Assembly (NCBI GenBank): GCA_044347205.1 | Contig: JBIIXT010000001.1 | Span: 12,988 to 76,987 of the forward strand | Source of the DNA: Candidatus Nanopelagicus sp. | Lineage (GTDB): Bacteria > Actinomycetota > Actinomycetes > Nanopelagicales > Nanopelagicaceae | DNA length: 64,000 bases | Reading direction: 5' to 3' | Part shown: positions 43,726-53,340 of the stretch, one piece after another | How positions within the stretch are numbered: position 1 is the stretch's first letter | How the letters are laid out: each line of letters starts with the position of its first letter | Notes under the pieces: generated by a model | Databases searched by the model: none | Told to the model about the DNA's origin: nothing | What the model saw: the letters and a program-made list of their open reading frames with translations, nothing else | Made by a program: the position numbers and the translations under genes

Positions 43726-44796
43726 TTAGATATTTAGCTCTTGGACGCCTGAAGATATCCATCTGATGGGGCCACGATGCGAAACAGAAACGGTGTCTCC
43801 CTCTTGAAAGTTGGATGGACCAGTGATCCTAGCCCGCACGCCCTGCAAGGATTGGCCTACCTTTAATTCAAATAAAGCATCATGACCGTAGTAATTAATT
43901 TTGGCAATCGTCGCGGTTACAGAGCCCTCTGTTATTTGCTCACTGATGGAAATTTCTTCTGGCCTAATCAAAATCTGACCTAGATTTGCTGAAGATTGAT
44001 TACCTAAATCAAAGTTCACTTGGTTCAATGCGGTTACATATTGAGAATTTGCTAATTTGATAGCAGGGATAACATCGATATCACCAGTGCTAAGTGCAAC
44101 CTCAGCTGTAATTGGATTTAAATACACTTGCGCAGGGGTACCGGATTGAACAACTGTTCCTCCTCGCATTAAAGCAATTACATCAGCGCTTACCAGCGCA
44201 TCCTCACGATCATGCGTCACCATAATTGATGTGGTTCCACTTTTTTTAAGTAGCGCTACAACCTCTTGGCTGATATCAACCCGTAATGCTTGATCAAGAG
44301 CTGCGAAGGGTTCATCGAGTAGGACCATGGCAGGCTTCATGGCTAGAGCTCTAGCAAGAGCGATTCGAGTTTGTTGCCCACCACTTAACTCTTGCGGGGA
44401 GCGATTATTGAAACCTTTCATACCAACTAATTCGAGCATTTCATTCACGACCTGATCCTTCTCGTTACTAGAAATTTTTCGCGACAATGAAAAACTCACA
44501 TTTTCGGCTACAGAAAGATGAGGAAACAAGCCACCTTCTTGCGGGACATAACCAATATTTCTTTTGTGTGGAGGTAGCACCAGAGAGGAAACGCTGACCA
44601 GTTGTTTTCCAAATCTAATTGCGCCACCACTTGGCGTAATCAATCCAGCGATGCTTCTGAGTAAAGTTGTTTTTCCACATCCAGAGGGGCCAAGAATTGC
44701 TGCAAAGGATCCACTTGGAATCTGCAGATTCAGCCCATTGAGTACTCGTCTTGAGTTTAAGTCAACTGACAGATCCTTAATTTCAAGAGATGTCAT
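43726..44796 (-). CDS. fbpC: Fe3+ ABC transporter ATP-binding subunit
   Basis: GPSGCGKT, LSGGQQ, LLDEPF, C-terminal TOBE-like region; in operon with Fe3+ permease and binding protein. Confidence 0.88.
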   Translation of the reverse strand: MTSLEIKDLSVDLNSRRVLNGLNLQIPSGSFAAILGPSGCGKTTLLRSIAGLITPSGGAIRFGKQLVSVSSLVLPPHKRNIGYVPQEGGLFPHLSVAENVSFSLSRKISSNEKDQVVNEMLELVGMKGFNNRSPQELSGGQQTRIALARALAMKPAMVLLDEPFAALDQALRVDISQEVVALLKKSGTTSIMVTHDREDALVSADVIALMRGGTVVQSGTPAQVYLNPITAEVALSTGDIDVIPAIKLANSQYVTALNQVNFDLGNQSSANLGQILIRPEEISISEQITEGSVTATIAKINYYGHDALFELKVGQSLQGVRARITGPSNFQEGDTVSVSHRGPIRWISSGVQELNI

Positions 44797-46367
44797 GAGA
44801 TGTTAACTCCTGATTCCTCACTCTTGTCAGGCCGATTAATTAAGAATGCTGGGATGGCGGCTATGAGAACTAAGAGTAACGCGTAAGGTGCTGCTTCATT
44901 AAATTCCAGGATTGCAGTAGCGCTCCACATTTCAGTGGCAAGTGTTTCAAATCCAGTCGGGCGCAACATCAGTGTTGCTGGCAACTCCTTCATCGCTGAT
45001 AGAAAAACTAGCAAGGTTGCGGTAAGCAACCCCGGTGTGGCTAAAGGAATCATAACTCGGCGAATACTTTGAGTCTTGCTTTGATTTAGTGTTGAAGATA
45101 TCTCCATTAAATTCTTTGGTACCCGCAGAAAACTAGTTCTAACGAAGCCAACCGCTTTTGCCATAAATAGCAGAGCGTATGAAAATGCAAGCAATGCCAC
45201 CGTTTGATAAACAATTGGAAGTTCAGAACCAAAGGCAACGAGTGATAATCCCATAACAATTCCAGGCAGTGCATGAACAATTAATAAACTTTTATCCGTG
45301 AGGCTACCAATCTTTGATGCCTGAGAAGATAGTAAGCCAACTGGAAGAGCAAGCGTTAGTGCGATGATTGATCCGAGCAAAGATGCAAATATGGTTGAAA
45401 CTGCTGCTTTGCCTAGATTTGAGTAATCAATTTCTGGCAAAGCTGAAATAAATCTAAGCAACAATTGCATTAGAGGAATAATCAAAGCCAGTAGGAGGTA
45501 AACACCTATCAGGGCAGATGCTAATAATCTGGTACGACCCGATTTACTTTCTGCGATAACAGGCATTACTCTATTAGAACTAGAAACCACCTTCGATCGT
45601 TGCCTCGTATTTGATTCAATGGTTATCAAAATTGCTGAAATAGAGACTAGAACTAGAGCCAAAATTGCAGCAGCGCCACGGTCAAAGCTGCCTCGATAAA
45701 GGTTTTCGATAGCTCTCGTGAAGGTGTCAACACCCAACAATGAAACCGCACCAAAATCACTTAATACATAAAGTGCGACTAGCAAGGTGCCAGCAGAAAC
45801 GGTATTTCGAATCTGTGGCCAAGTGATTAAATAGAAGCAGCGCCATTTACTTAATCCAAGGGTCTGGGCAACTTCTAATTGGGCTTGATCACTTCTTCGA
45901 AGTGCAGCTAATGCGGCCAGCGTTATATAGGGGGTCGTGGTTAGAATCAAAATAAAAACCGCAGCAATAAACCCTCGTAAATTGGGAATGATAGACATCC
46001 AACTGTATGTGTATACATAGCTTGGTATTGCAATCGGCAAAATTACTAAGGCAGCTATCAGTGAATTAGAGCGCAAATTAACGTTATGCAAGCACCAAGC
46101 CAGGCTGACTCCGAGAAATGTCGAAGCGACGGCTACGCAACTCATCAAAGCGATGGTTGTTGCAAAAATCTCTAAGCTTTTTTCACGCAACAAAACAGTT
46201 CTAACCAAATCTATTTCCCCAGAAAAGGCGCCCTTAATCAGGTAAAAAAAGGGGATAGCTGCAAATAGCAAGGCAAGAAAACTTAGAAAAACAAGAAGTT
46301 TACTTTCACTATCTCGCTGATTAATTGACTCTAGTTGAGTATATTCATTGAAGGTTTTAGTCTTCAA
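44793..46367 (-). CDS. fbpB: Fe3+ ABC transporter permease
   Basis: Duplicated permease halves, LSDFGAV, MKELPATLMLRPTGFETLA. Confidence 0.88.
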   Translation of the reverse strand: MKTKTFNEYTQLESINQRDSESKLLVFLSFLALLFAAIPFFYLIKGAFSGEIDLVRTVLLREKSLEIFATTIALMSCVAVASTFLGVSLAWCLHNVNLRSNSLIAALVILPIAIPSYVYTYSWMSIIPNLRGFIAAVFILILTTTPYITLAALAALRRSDQAQLEVAQTLGLSKWRCFYLITWPQIRNTVSAGTLLVALYVLSDFGAVSLLGVDTFTRAIENLYRGSFDRGAAAILALVLVSISAILITIESNTRQRSKVVSSSNRVMPVIAESKSGRTRLLASALIGVYLLLALIIPLMQLLLRFISALPEIDYSNLGKAAVSTIFASLLGSIIALTLALPVGLLSSQASKIGSLTDKSLLIVHALPGIVMGLSLVAFGSELPIVYQTVALLAFSYALLFMAKAVGFVRTSFLRVPKNLMEISSTLNQSKTQSIRRVMIPLATPGLLTATLLVFLSAMKELPATLMLRPTGFETLATEMWSATAILEFNEAAPYALLLVLIAAIPAFLINRPDKSEESGVNIS

Positions 46368-46368
46368 G

Positions 46369-47376
46369 TTAAATCAAACCTAACTTGATCAGCAGTTTTT
46401 GAGTTTGGCTTATGTCAGAAAGTTTAGAAAGATCAACGGCTGGTGCATTGATATCAGCAAAAGACGGTAATCCCTCTGGCCTTGCATCAACTAGAACCAG
46501 TGAGTACTCGTGAGTGTCAGTAACAAATTTTTGTTGTGCTAAATCAGAAAGCAGATATTTGATTAACTTACCTGCCGATTCTTTATTTTTTGATTGATTC
46601 AGGATTGCAATACCAGATATATTAATTAGATTTCCTAGGTCCCCAGATTTAAAAAATCCATTTTTTACATTAATCTGACGATTTAAACTCTTACTTACTT
46701 CCCATAAGTAATAGTGATTGACTAGTCCAAGATCGATGACACCAGAGTCAATAGCAGTAACAATCTGACTATTTTTTTCAAATAACTTCACATTATTTTC
46801 AACCATTTTTTGTAGCCATATTTCAGTAGCGGCTAAACCTTGGTATTGAATTAAAGTTGTGACGAATGCTTGAAAAGAAGCGTTTGTTGGTGCGATACCA
46901 ACCTTACCCTTGTACTGACTTTCGACTAGAGATTGATACGATGTGGGCAATTTAGTTACTCGATCTGGCGCGTATGCAAAAACTCGCGCACGTCCCGTTA
47001 AGCCAACCCAATCGTCATTTGTTGATTTGAAAGAATTTCCCACCCGTTCTAACAGGGGATCTTCTATCTTTGAAAAAAGTCCAGAAATACTAACTGCGCC
47101 TAGGGAACCAGCATCTTGGGAGATAAATAGATCAGCTGGTGAATTCTTTCCCTCCTCTAAAATTTGCGCAGCAAGTGCAGAAGAGTCGCCATATCGAATA
47201 TTTAAAGTAATTCCGTTTTGGTTAGTGAACTCTTCAAAAAATGGTGCAATAAAGTTCTCGCTTCGCCCTGAATAGATAGTGAGTGATTGCGCTTTATCGG
47301 AAGCGGAGCAGCCGTTTAATACAGCCACGAAAAGAATTGCAACGAGGGCAGCCGTAAAATTTTTTTTAATCCGCAT
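46369..47376 (-). CDS. fbpA: Fe3+ ABC transporter substrate-binding lipoprotein (FbpA/FutA type)
   Basis: Lipobox LNGC, IYSGR, SPADLF, LVNHYY tandem-Tyr iron ligands. Confidence 0.88.
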   Translation of the reverse strand: MRIKKNFTAALVAILFVAVLNGCSASDKAQSLTIYSGRSENFIAPFFEEFTNQNGITLNIRYGDSSALAAQILEEGKNSPADLFISQDAGSLGAVSISGLFSKIEDPLLERVGNSFKSTNDDWVGLTGRARVFAYAPDRVTKLPTSYQSLVESQYKGKVGIAPTNASFQAFVTTLIQYQGLAATEIWLQKMVENNVKLFEKNSQIVTAIDSGVIDLGLVNHYYLWEVSKSLNRQINVKNGFFKSGDLGNLINISGIAILNQSKNKESAGKLIKYLLSDLAQQKFVTDTHEYSLVLVDARPEGLPSFADINAPAVDLSKLSDISQTQKLLIKLGLI

Positions 47377-47438
47377 TCTTGGCACTTTTACATCCCTCAT
47401 GGGTTATCTAAAGGTTAATGTCTGAAATCTATTACAGA

Positions 47439-47478
47439 GTTATGAATTACGCAACATTTATGTTGCGTAATTCATAAC
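47439..47478. repeat. Perfect 19-bp inverted repeat with 2-nt centre
   Basis: GTTATGAATTACGCAACAT-TT-ATGTTGCGTAATTCATAAC. Confidence 0.97.
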
Positions 47479-47517
47479 ACAACTTTTGGTGTCCTACTTC
47501 TTCTCTCCCGACCAGCT

Positions 47518-48825
47518 TTAGGTCTGTGGTACGTCGGTTTCGTTTTGTTCTCCAACATCTGCCTCTATGACAACCGGCTCGGTTTCGGGCAGGGCTTGGG
47601 CAATGAGTGGGCCTACTTGGTCAATCTGCCAAGGACGTGCACCCAGCATCTGCAACTGCTGACTCACATACTCTTCATAACTACCGGAAGCAACACCCAT
47701 TTGGCTTGCAGGTAGCTCCCAGCATAATTTTCGAACCAACTCTGGCGTCAAGAGATTTTCTACCGGAACATCAATCTCACTTGATAGCGCTGCGATCTTC
47801 GCCCTGGCGTGTGTGAGTCTTGCATAGCCCAGTGGGTTGCGCTCCTTCCAAATTTTAATCGGTGGTAAAGCATTTGATTGAACTCGAAGTTCAACCTGCT
47901 CCTCAATAGGAGTTAAAAGTGAACGTTTTAATTCAGAAAGCCAGCGAGTGAATGGTGGTGAATCCATTTTGGTTCGCCATCCAATTACTTTCGCCATTGC
48001 CTCTGCAGTTTCTGGCCGCTTTGTCGCAATGGCGATAATGGCTTCATCATTTAAAATTCGACCAGCTGCAATATCTAGCTCCTGTGCTAATTTATCTCGA
48101 TCAATCCATAGATTTCTAATAATTGTCATGGTTAATCGATCACGGACCTTGTGCATACCAGATGTTCTGCGCCATCGATCAGCTTTGGGTGGATCACTTT
48201 GTTTAGCTTTAAAATTAATTAAAATTGCTTTGAAATCCTGATTGGCCCAACTCAATTTCTTTTTTTCCAAAAGTAGCTCTTCTACCTTGGCCCTAATATC
48301 AAGCAGCACATCAACATCAATTGCGGCGTAATTTAACCATTCAGGTTTTAGTGGCCGGATTGACCAATCAACTGCAGAGTGCTCTTTTGCTAATTGCAGC
48401 TCGAGCAATGATTCAGCTAGTGCGCCTAAGCCAACTCTGGGATAGCCAGCAATTCTGGCTCCAAGCTCTGTATCAAAGAGTATTTGGGGATCTAAGCCAA
48501 TCTCTAATAGGCAAGGTAAATCCTGTGTGCTGGCATGAATTACCCATTCATATTTTGAAAACTCTTGATTGAATTTCTGCCATAGCGATTTATTAGTGAT
48601 TGCAATTGGATCAATTAAGTGCAAGCCACCATCTTTTCGAAAAAGTTGAATTAAATAAGCTCTTTGGCTGTATTTATAGCCTGATGCTCGCTCAGCATCG
48701 ATGGCAATCGGGCCTTCACCATCTAAGAGTTTTTCAATCATTAACTCAAAAGCTGATTCAGTTGTTATTAATTCGGGAACTCCAGCGCGAGGCAGAAGTA
48801 ACGGAGTTAATTCAGGTGTGGTCAT
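47518..48825 (-). CDS. rnd: Ribonuclease D / HRDC-domain 3'-5' exonuclease
   Basis: AIDAERASG, HASTQDL, FDTEL, DWSIRPL, YAAIDV; C-terminal HRDC; ATG at 48825 chosen. Confidence 0.92.
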   Translation of the reverse strand: MTTPELTPLLLPRAGVPELITTESAFELMIEKLLDGEGPIAIDAERASGYKYSQRAYLIQLFRKDGGLHLIDPIAITNKSLWQKFNQEFSKYEWVIHASTQDLPCLLEIGLDPQILFDTELGARIAGYPRVGLGALAESLLELQLAKEHSAVDWSIRPLKPEWLNYAAIDVDVLLDIRAKVEELLLEKKKLSWANQDFKAILINFKAKQSDPPKADRWRRTSGMHKVRDRLTMTIIRNLWIDRDKLAQELDIAAGRILNDEAIIAIATKRPETAEAMAKVIGWRTKMDSPPFTRWLSELKRSLLTPIEEQVELRVQSNALPPIKIWKERNPLGYARLTHARAKIAALSSEIDVPVENLLTPELVRKLCWELPASQMGVASGSYEEYVSQQLQMLGARPWQIDQVGPLIAQALPETEPVVIEADVGEQNETDVPQT

Positions 48826-48847
48826 ACTTTCTTGAGTGTAATTTAAA

Positions 48848-49387
48848 TTAAACGCTACGAGAAATTGAGGTAACACCTTCTGGAATTGGCGCTAATCCAG
48901 CAGTTGTTGCGAGTAGTTCGATCCAAGCATTTACATGTGAAAGTAAATCCGCACCAGATGTTGGCGTCCAAGATGCCCTAATCTCCATCTCAGAGTCCTC
49001 ATCACGGCCAGCTAGTGAACCAAAGGACGCGCTTGCCACTCGAGTGACAGTTCCACTAGGTGCCAGAAATTCACAATTATTTTTCTTAAGCGATTCCATT
49101 AGCCAAGCCCAGCCAATCTCTGGCAACAATGGATCATTAGCCATTTCTAAGTCGATCGCAGCTCGTGCAAAAGTGACACATCTAAACTCACCAGACCAAC
49201 CTTCTTGCCCTGCTGGATCATGAAGTAAAACAAATCGACCAGTTGCTGCATCCTCTAAAACATCAGCGGTCATTGCGATTGCAAATGGCGCTAATTTTTG
49301 AGGCGCTGGCACCATCTCTAGCAAAATTTCAGATCTTGGTTTTAATGAGAGTATCGGCGCTACCAGTTGTTCAAAGCTCGCCTTCAT
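48848..49387 (-). CDS. DUF3000 family protein
   Basis: PAPQKLAPF, GRFVLLHDPAGQEGW, EIRASWTP; conserved neighbour of rnd. Confidence 0.88.
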   Translation of the reverse strand: MKASFEQLVAPILSLKPRSEILLEMVPAPQKLAPFAIAMTADVLEDAATGRFVLLHDPAGQEGWSGEFRCVTFARAAIDLEMANDPLLPEIGWAWLMESLKKNNCEFLAPSGTVTRVASASFGSLAGRDEDSEMEIRASWTPTSGADLLSHVNAWIELLATTAGLAPIPEGVTSISRSV

Positions 49388-49447
49388 AGGTAAAGGATAA
49401 ATTGCTTAATGAGCAATCATCAGATGCCACGCATGTAGGCTTGTTAG

Positions 49448-50287
49448 GTGATTGCATTCCTAGCCTTGTTTTCTAGCCTGCTTTGGGGAGCGGCTGATTT
49501 TTTTGGTGGCAATCTGAGTAAGAAATATAAAGCGGTTGCGGTAACTGCAGCCTCTCAATCTTTTGGATTGTTAGTTGGAATTTGTGTAATTCTTGCAACC
49601 TCATCTTGGCAATCTCCAACTTTTAGTCAAGACGGATATTTTATCTTCGGTGTATTTGCAGGCTTACTTGGCTTTGTCGGATTAATGGCTTTTTATGCTG
49701 GACTGGCAACTGGTCGCATGGGTGTTGTTTCACCAATTAGTTCACTCAGTGCATTTATTCCATTAACTGTTGCAATTGTTGGCGGTGAGCGGTTGACCAC
49801 CCTACAAATTATCGGAATCTCTGTCGCTTTAGTGGGCGCTTTTTGTGCAAGTGGTCCAGAGATTAAAGGCGGATTATCTGCAAAGCCAATTCTCTTGGCA
49901 GTGATTGCAGCCTTTGGATTTGGTGGCGCAATAACATTTATGGTCAGGGGCTCTGAATCAAGTCCAATTATGACAATGACAACGATGCGTTTTACTACAT
50001 TTATAATTGCCTGTCTTTTGGTTATTAGGTTTAGAACTGCTGGTGGATTTTCAAAAAAAGATTTGCCGCTTTTGTTTGCTATCGGCGCCTTTGATTTCTT
50101 CGGAAATTTATTGCTGGGAATTGCTTCGACTAAAGGCTTAGTTTCACTAGCAGTCGTACTTGGATCACTATTTCCGATCGTGACCTCTTTGTTGGCATTT
50201 AAAGTTTTACATGAGCGCCTTCACAAAGTTCAGTACTTAGGGATAGCCCTTGCAATCTCTGGCGTTGTTGTCATATCACTTGGATAA
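49448..50287 (+). CDS. EamA/DMT family transporter
   Basis: About 10 hydrophobic segments, WGAADFFGG, GRMGVVSPI, LHERL. Confidence 0.88.
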   Translation: MIAFLALFSSLLWGAADFFGGNLSKKYKAVAVTAASQSFGLLVGICVILATSSWQSPTFSQDGYFIFGVFAGLLGFVGLMAFYAGLATGRMGVVSPISSLSAFIPLTVAIVGGERLTTLQIIGISVALVGAFCASGPEIKGGLSAKPILLAVIAAFGFGGAITFMVRGSESSPIMTMTTMRFTTFIIACLLVIRFRTAGGFSKKDLPLLFAIGAFDFFGNLLLGIASTKGLVSLAVVLGSLFPIVTSLLAFKVLHERLHKVQYLGIALAISGVVVISLG

Positions 50288-50797
50288 TTGGAAAACCTTA
50301 AACTCACAACCTTCTACTTGCTCACTCTGAATCAATTCAAAATTAGAAAGCAAAGAAGGTAAATCAATCCTATTTTCACCCGTTACAGTTAGATTAATTG
50401 TCAGGTAGAGCTTCTGTACTAAATTAAGATTAATTAACTCTTGCAGTAATTTTGGTCCCGCCTCAACTAGTAGCTGCGAATTAGGTAGATCATTAAAGTC
50501 GGTGAAAATACTTTCCATTGCAGAAGCTGGCGGGCGATTAATCTGTTTGGCTAATTGATTTTTTGGTTGTAATCGAAGATTAGAGTGGGTAATTATGTAG
50601 AGAGGTATTGAGGTCTTTTTGTACGGCTCTCGCCTGGCAGTATTGCCGCCAATAATGATGGCCGCAGATTGGCTGCGAAGCTGATGAAAGAGTTTTCGGT
50701 CAGCAGGTGTTGATAGGCCAATGGATGAGCCCGCTTTTGAGGTGGATCCATCAGCGCCAACAATTAGATTGGCGATCACATAAGGCGGATTAATCAT
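50276..50797 (-). CDS. RibD C-terminal / dihydrofolate reductase-like protein
   Basis: ADGS, DRKLFHQLR, IIIGGNTAR, LLVEAGP. Confidence 0.8.
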   Translation of the reverse strand: MINPPYVIANLIVGADGSTSKAGSSIGLSTPADRKLFHQLRSQSAAIIIGGNTARREPYKKTSIPLYIITHSNLRLQPKNQLAKQINRPPASAMESIFTDFNDLPNSQLLVEAGPKLLQELINLNLVQKLYLTINLTVTGENRIDLPSLLSNFELIQSEQVEGCEFKVFQLSK

Positions 50798-50814
50798 GGG
50801 CCAAGGCTAGGGGC

Positions 50815-50836
50815 TGTCAGTGGCTTGGCCTACCTT
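50815..50836 (+). promoter_or_regulatory. RecA-NDp / PafBC-type DNA-damage promoter
   Basis: TGTCAGTG-N8-TACCTT, 6 nt before ATG 50843. Confidence 0.7.
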
Positions 50837-50842
50837 TTAACC

Positions 50843-51049
50843 ATGATCATTGATTGCAATAGTTGCGTGATGCGCCAGATTAGCTGCGCCGATTGTGTTG
50901 TAACAGTTTTGCTAAATATTGGTAGCAGTAGCCCAGCCAAGGGTGAAGGCTCTAAAAAGAACTTAACTAAATTAAGCAAAAATCAGGAGAGTGCGATAAA
51001 TAATCTCGCCTCTGCCGGTTTAGTACCTCCACTGAGATTTGCTAAATAA
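50843..51049 (+). CDS. Small Cys-rich hypothetical protein (CxxC...CxxC)
   Basis: MIIDCNSCVMRQISCADCVVTVLL...LASAGLVPPLRF; leaderless start after a -10 box. Confidence 0.8.
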   Translation: MIIDCNSCVMRQISCADCVVTVLLNIGSSSPAKGEGSKKNLTKLSKNQESAINNLASAGLVPPLRFAK

Positions 51050-51162
51050 TCTAAAAAATCTTGTTTGGTTTAAGCGTAAATTTTGAAATAAGCGCAAAAT
51101 TCTCAGCATCCTATGCTCGATTCAGTTTGAGATCATTCACCATCCTTGGCTAACCTCTCCGA

Positions 51163-52191
51163 ATGGTTAAGTTGCTCTCAGCTGGCATTAGAAGCGGGCG
51201 AACGGCTGTATTTTTTTGCATAACGCTAATTGCTTCCCTTATTTCAACTGCACCTGCAAATGCTGCGCCATCCTTGCTTGAAGTTCAAGCAAAAGTTAGA
51301 GATTTGCAAGAGCAGGCGACAACTGCGGCCGAGGGTGCACAAGAAGCTAAAGTTGAACTTGGAAAATTGCAGAAAATGTTAGCCACTGTTCAACAACAAG
51401 CTAGCCAACAAGGTGCATCGGTCAACGCTTTATCTAGCTCAATTGGGGCAATAGCTGCGCAACAGTATAAATCTGGCCCACTAAGTCAAAGTTTAGAATT
51501 ACTTTTCTCATCAGATCCAGCACTTTATCTTTCCACGGCTGGCTCACTGGAATCAGTTACTCGAAAGAAAACTGCAGATTTGCGGAAATTCTCAGTGGCT
51601 ACCCAACGCCTAACAGCCACATCATTAACGGTCAATGACAAACTAGCTTTAGTAAAGGCAGCTCAGGCAAGATTTAACAAACAACTTGCGATTGCTAATT
51701 CAAAATTAAAAGAGGCAGAAGCTTTATTGGCAAAACTCACTGCTGCTGAGCGAGAGAGATTAGCAAAATTAAATGATGATGAAGAGGATGCTGATCAGCA
51801 AAAATCTCTAGCGGATGCTTCAAAGTATGGAACCGTATCTGGCAGAGGCGGAACGGCAATTAAGTACGCACTGCAGCAAATTGGAGATAAGTATGTTTTC
51901 GGAGCAGATGGCACTACCTATTGGGATTGCTCCGGCCTCACTATGCGCGCCTTCCAAGCAGCTGGTGTTTCATTGCCGCACTCATCGAGAGCGCAGTACG
52001 GCTACGGAAAATCCGTTGCCCGCAAAGATCTACAACCTGGAGATTTAGTATTTTTTGGAAAGCCAATTTCCCATGTTGGAATTTACTTAGGTGGAAATAG
52101 AATGCTGCATGCACCTCGAAAAGGCAGCAGAGTTAAGATTGCTGAATTTAGCCTTGGTAAGAAACCATATATTGGAGCCCGTAGACTTTAA
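51163..52191 (+). CDS. Secreted NlpC/P60 peptidoglycan endopeptidase
   Basis: Signal peptide ending APANA, coiled coil, WDCSGL, LQPGDLVFF, HVGIY. Confidence 0.93.
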   Translation: MVKLLSAGIRSGRTAVFFCITLIASLISTAPANAAPSLLEVQAKVRDLQEQATTAAEGAQEAKVELGKLQKMLATVQQQASQQGASVNALSSSIGAIAAQQYKSGPLSQSLELLFSSDPALYLSTAGSLESVTRKKTADLRKFSVATQRLTATSLTVNDKLALVKAAQARFNKQLAIANSKLKEAEALLAKLTAAERERLAKLNDDEEDADQQKSLADASKYGTVSGRGGTAIKYALQQIGDKYVFGADGTTYWDCSGLTMRAFQAAGVSLPHSSRAQYGYGKSVARKDLQPGDLVFFGKPISHVGIYLGGNRMLHAPRKGSRVKIAEFSLGKKPYIGARRL

Positions 52192-52194
52192 TTA

Positions 52195-53340
52195 ATGAAT
52201 ACCCCAAGCCGGAAAATTTTATTGGTCACAAATGATTTAGGGCCAAGGGCTGGTGGGATTGAATCCTTTATTTTAGGTTTACTTGCCCGCTTGCCACAGC
52301 AAAGCGTGGTGATCTATACATCTACTCAAGATAATTCAATTAATTTCGATAGTGAACTATTGACCAAGTATGGGGCAATTGTAATTCGAGATCGCGCAAA
52401 GATACTGTTGCCAACGCCTCGGATAACTAATCGCGCAATATCAATAATGAAAAGCTATGACGCAAAAATAATTTGGTTTGGCGCCGCTGCACCTCTTGCT
52501 CTGATGGCAGCAAATCTGCGAAAAAATGGTGCCACGCGCATTATTGCTCTTACTCATGGACATGAGGTTTGGTGGGCAAAACTTCCAATATTTCGGCAGT
52601 TACTAAACAAAATTTCAAAAGATGTTGATCAACTTACCTACCTTGGTGATTTTACTAAAAAAGCCATGCAGCCCGCTATCTCTGATGTGCGCAAATTAGT
52701 AAAAATTGCGCCAGGTATAGATGTTGAGCACTTCATGCCAGCTGATAAATCCACTCAGTTAATAGAAAAATATAAATTAGATAACCGCCAAGTTATTGTA
52801 AGCGTTGGCAGATTAGTTCATCGCAAAGGCCAAGATAAGTTAATTGTCGCAATGGCTCAGGTAGTAAAGAAATTTCCGAATGCAACCTTGCTAATAGTGG
52901 GTAAGGGGCCAATTAGAAATATGCTGCAAAAACTAGTTCACCACCACTCTTTAGAGAAGAATGTAATCTTTACTGGCCGAGTTCAATTAGATGATCTGCC
53001 AAAGTACATTCAATTAGCTGATGTGTTTGCCATGCCAGCGCGAGATCGTTTTTTTGGTTTAGAGGTTGAAGGATTAGGAATTGTTTACCTTGAGGCCAGT
53101 GCTTGTGGTGTTCCAGTAATTGTTGGCAGTTCCGGTGGTGCACCCGATGCGGTAATTCCTGATGTCACAGGGCTAATCGTGGATGGCACTAAACCCGATG
53201 AGATTGCTGATGCAGTGATTAAAGTTCTAGCAGACCCAGAGTTAGCTAAAAAATATGCTGATGCTGGCCGGGATTGGATTGTAAGCGAGTGGCGCTGGGA
53301 AATTTGGTCAGAACGTTTTAATAAATTACTGCTTGATTAA
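52195..53340 (+). CDS. GT4 glycosyltransferase (PimB'-like mannosyltransferase)
   Basis: VTNDLGPRAGGIE, THGHE, RKGQD, EGLGIVYLEASA; follows the NlpC gene as in other actinobacteria. Confidence 0.88.
   Translation: MNTPSRKILLVTNDLGPRAGGIESFILGLLARLPQQSVVIYTSTQDNSINFDSELLTKYGAIVIRDRAKILLPTPRITNRAISIMKSYDAKIIWFGAAAPLALMAANLRKNGATRIIALTHGHEVWWAKLPIFRQLLNKISKDVDQLTYLGDFTKKAMQPAISDVRKLVKIAPGIDVEHFMPADKSTQLIEKYKLDNRQVIVSVGRLVHRKGQDKLIVAMAQVVKKFPNATLLIVGKGPIRNMLQKLVHHHSLEKNVIFTGRVQLDDLPKYIQLADVFAMPARDRFFGLEVEGLGIVYLEASACGVPVIVGSSGGAPDAVIPDVTGLIVDGTKPDEIADAVIKVLADPELAKKYADAGRDWIVSEWRWEIWSERFNKLLLD

Noticed and set aside
47439-47490. dif/Xer site or IdeR box at the palindrome
   Set aside because: It does not fit the 11-6-11 XerC/XerD layout or the IdeR consensus.
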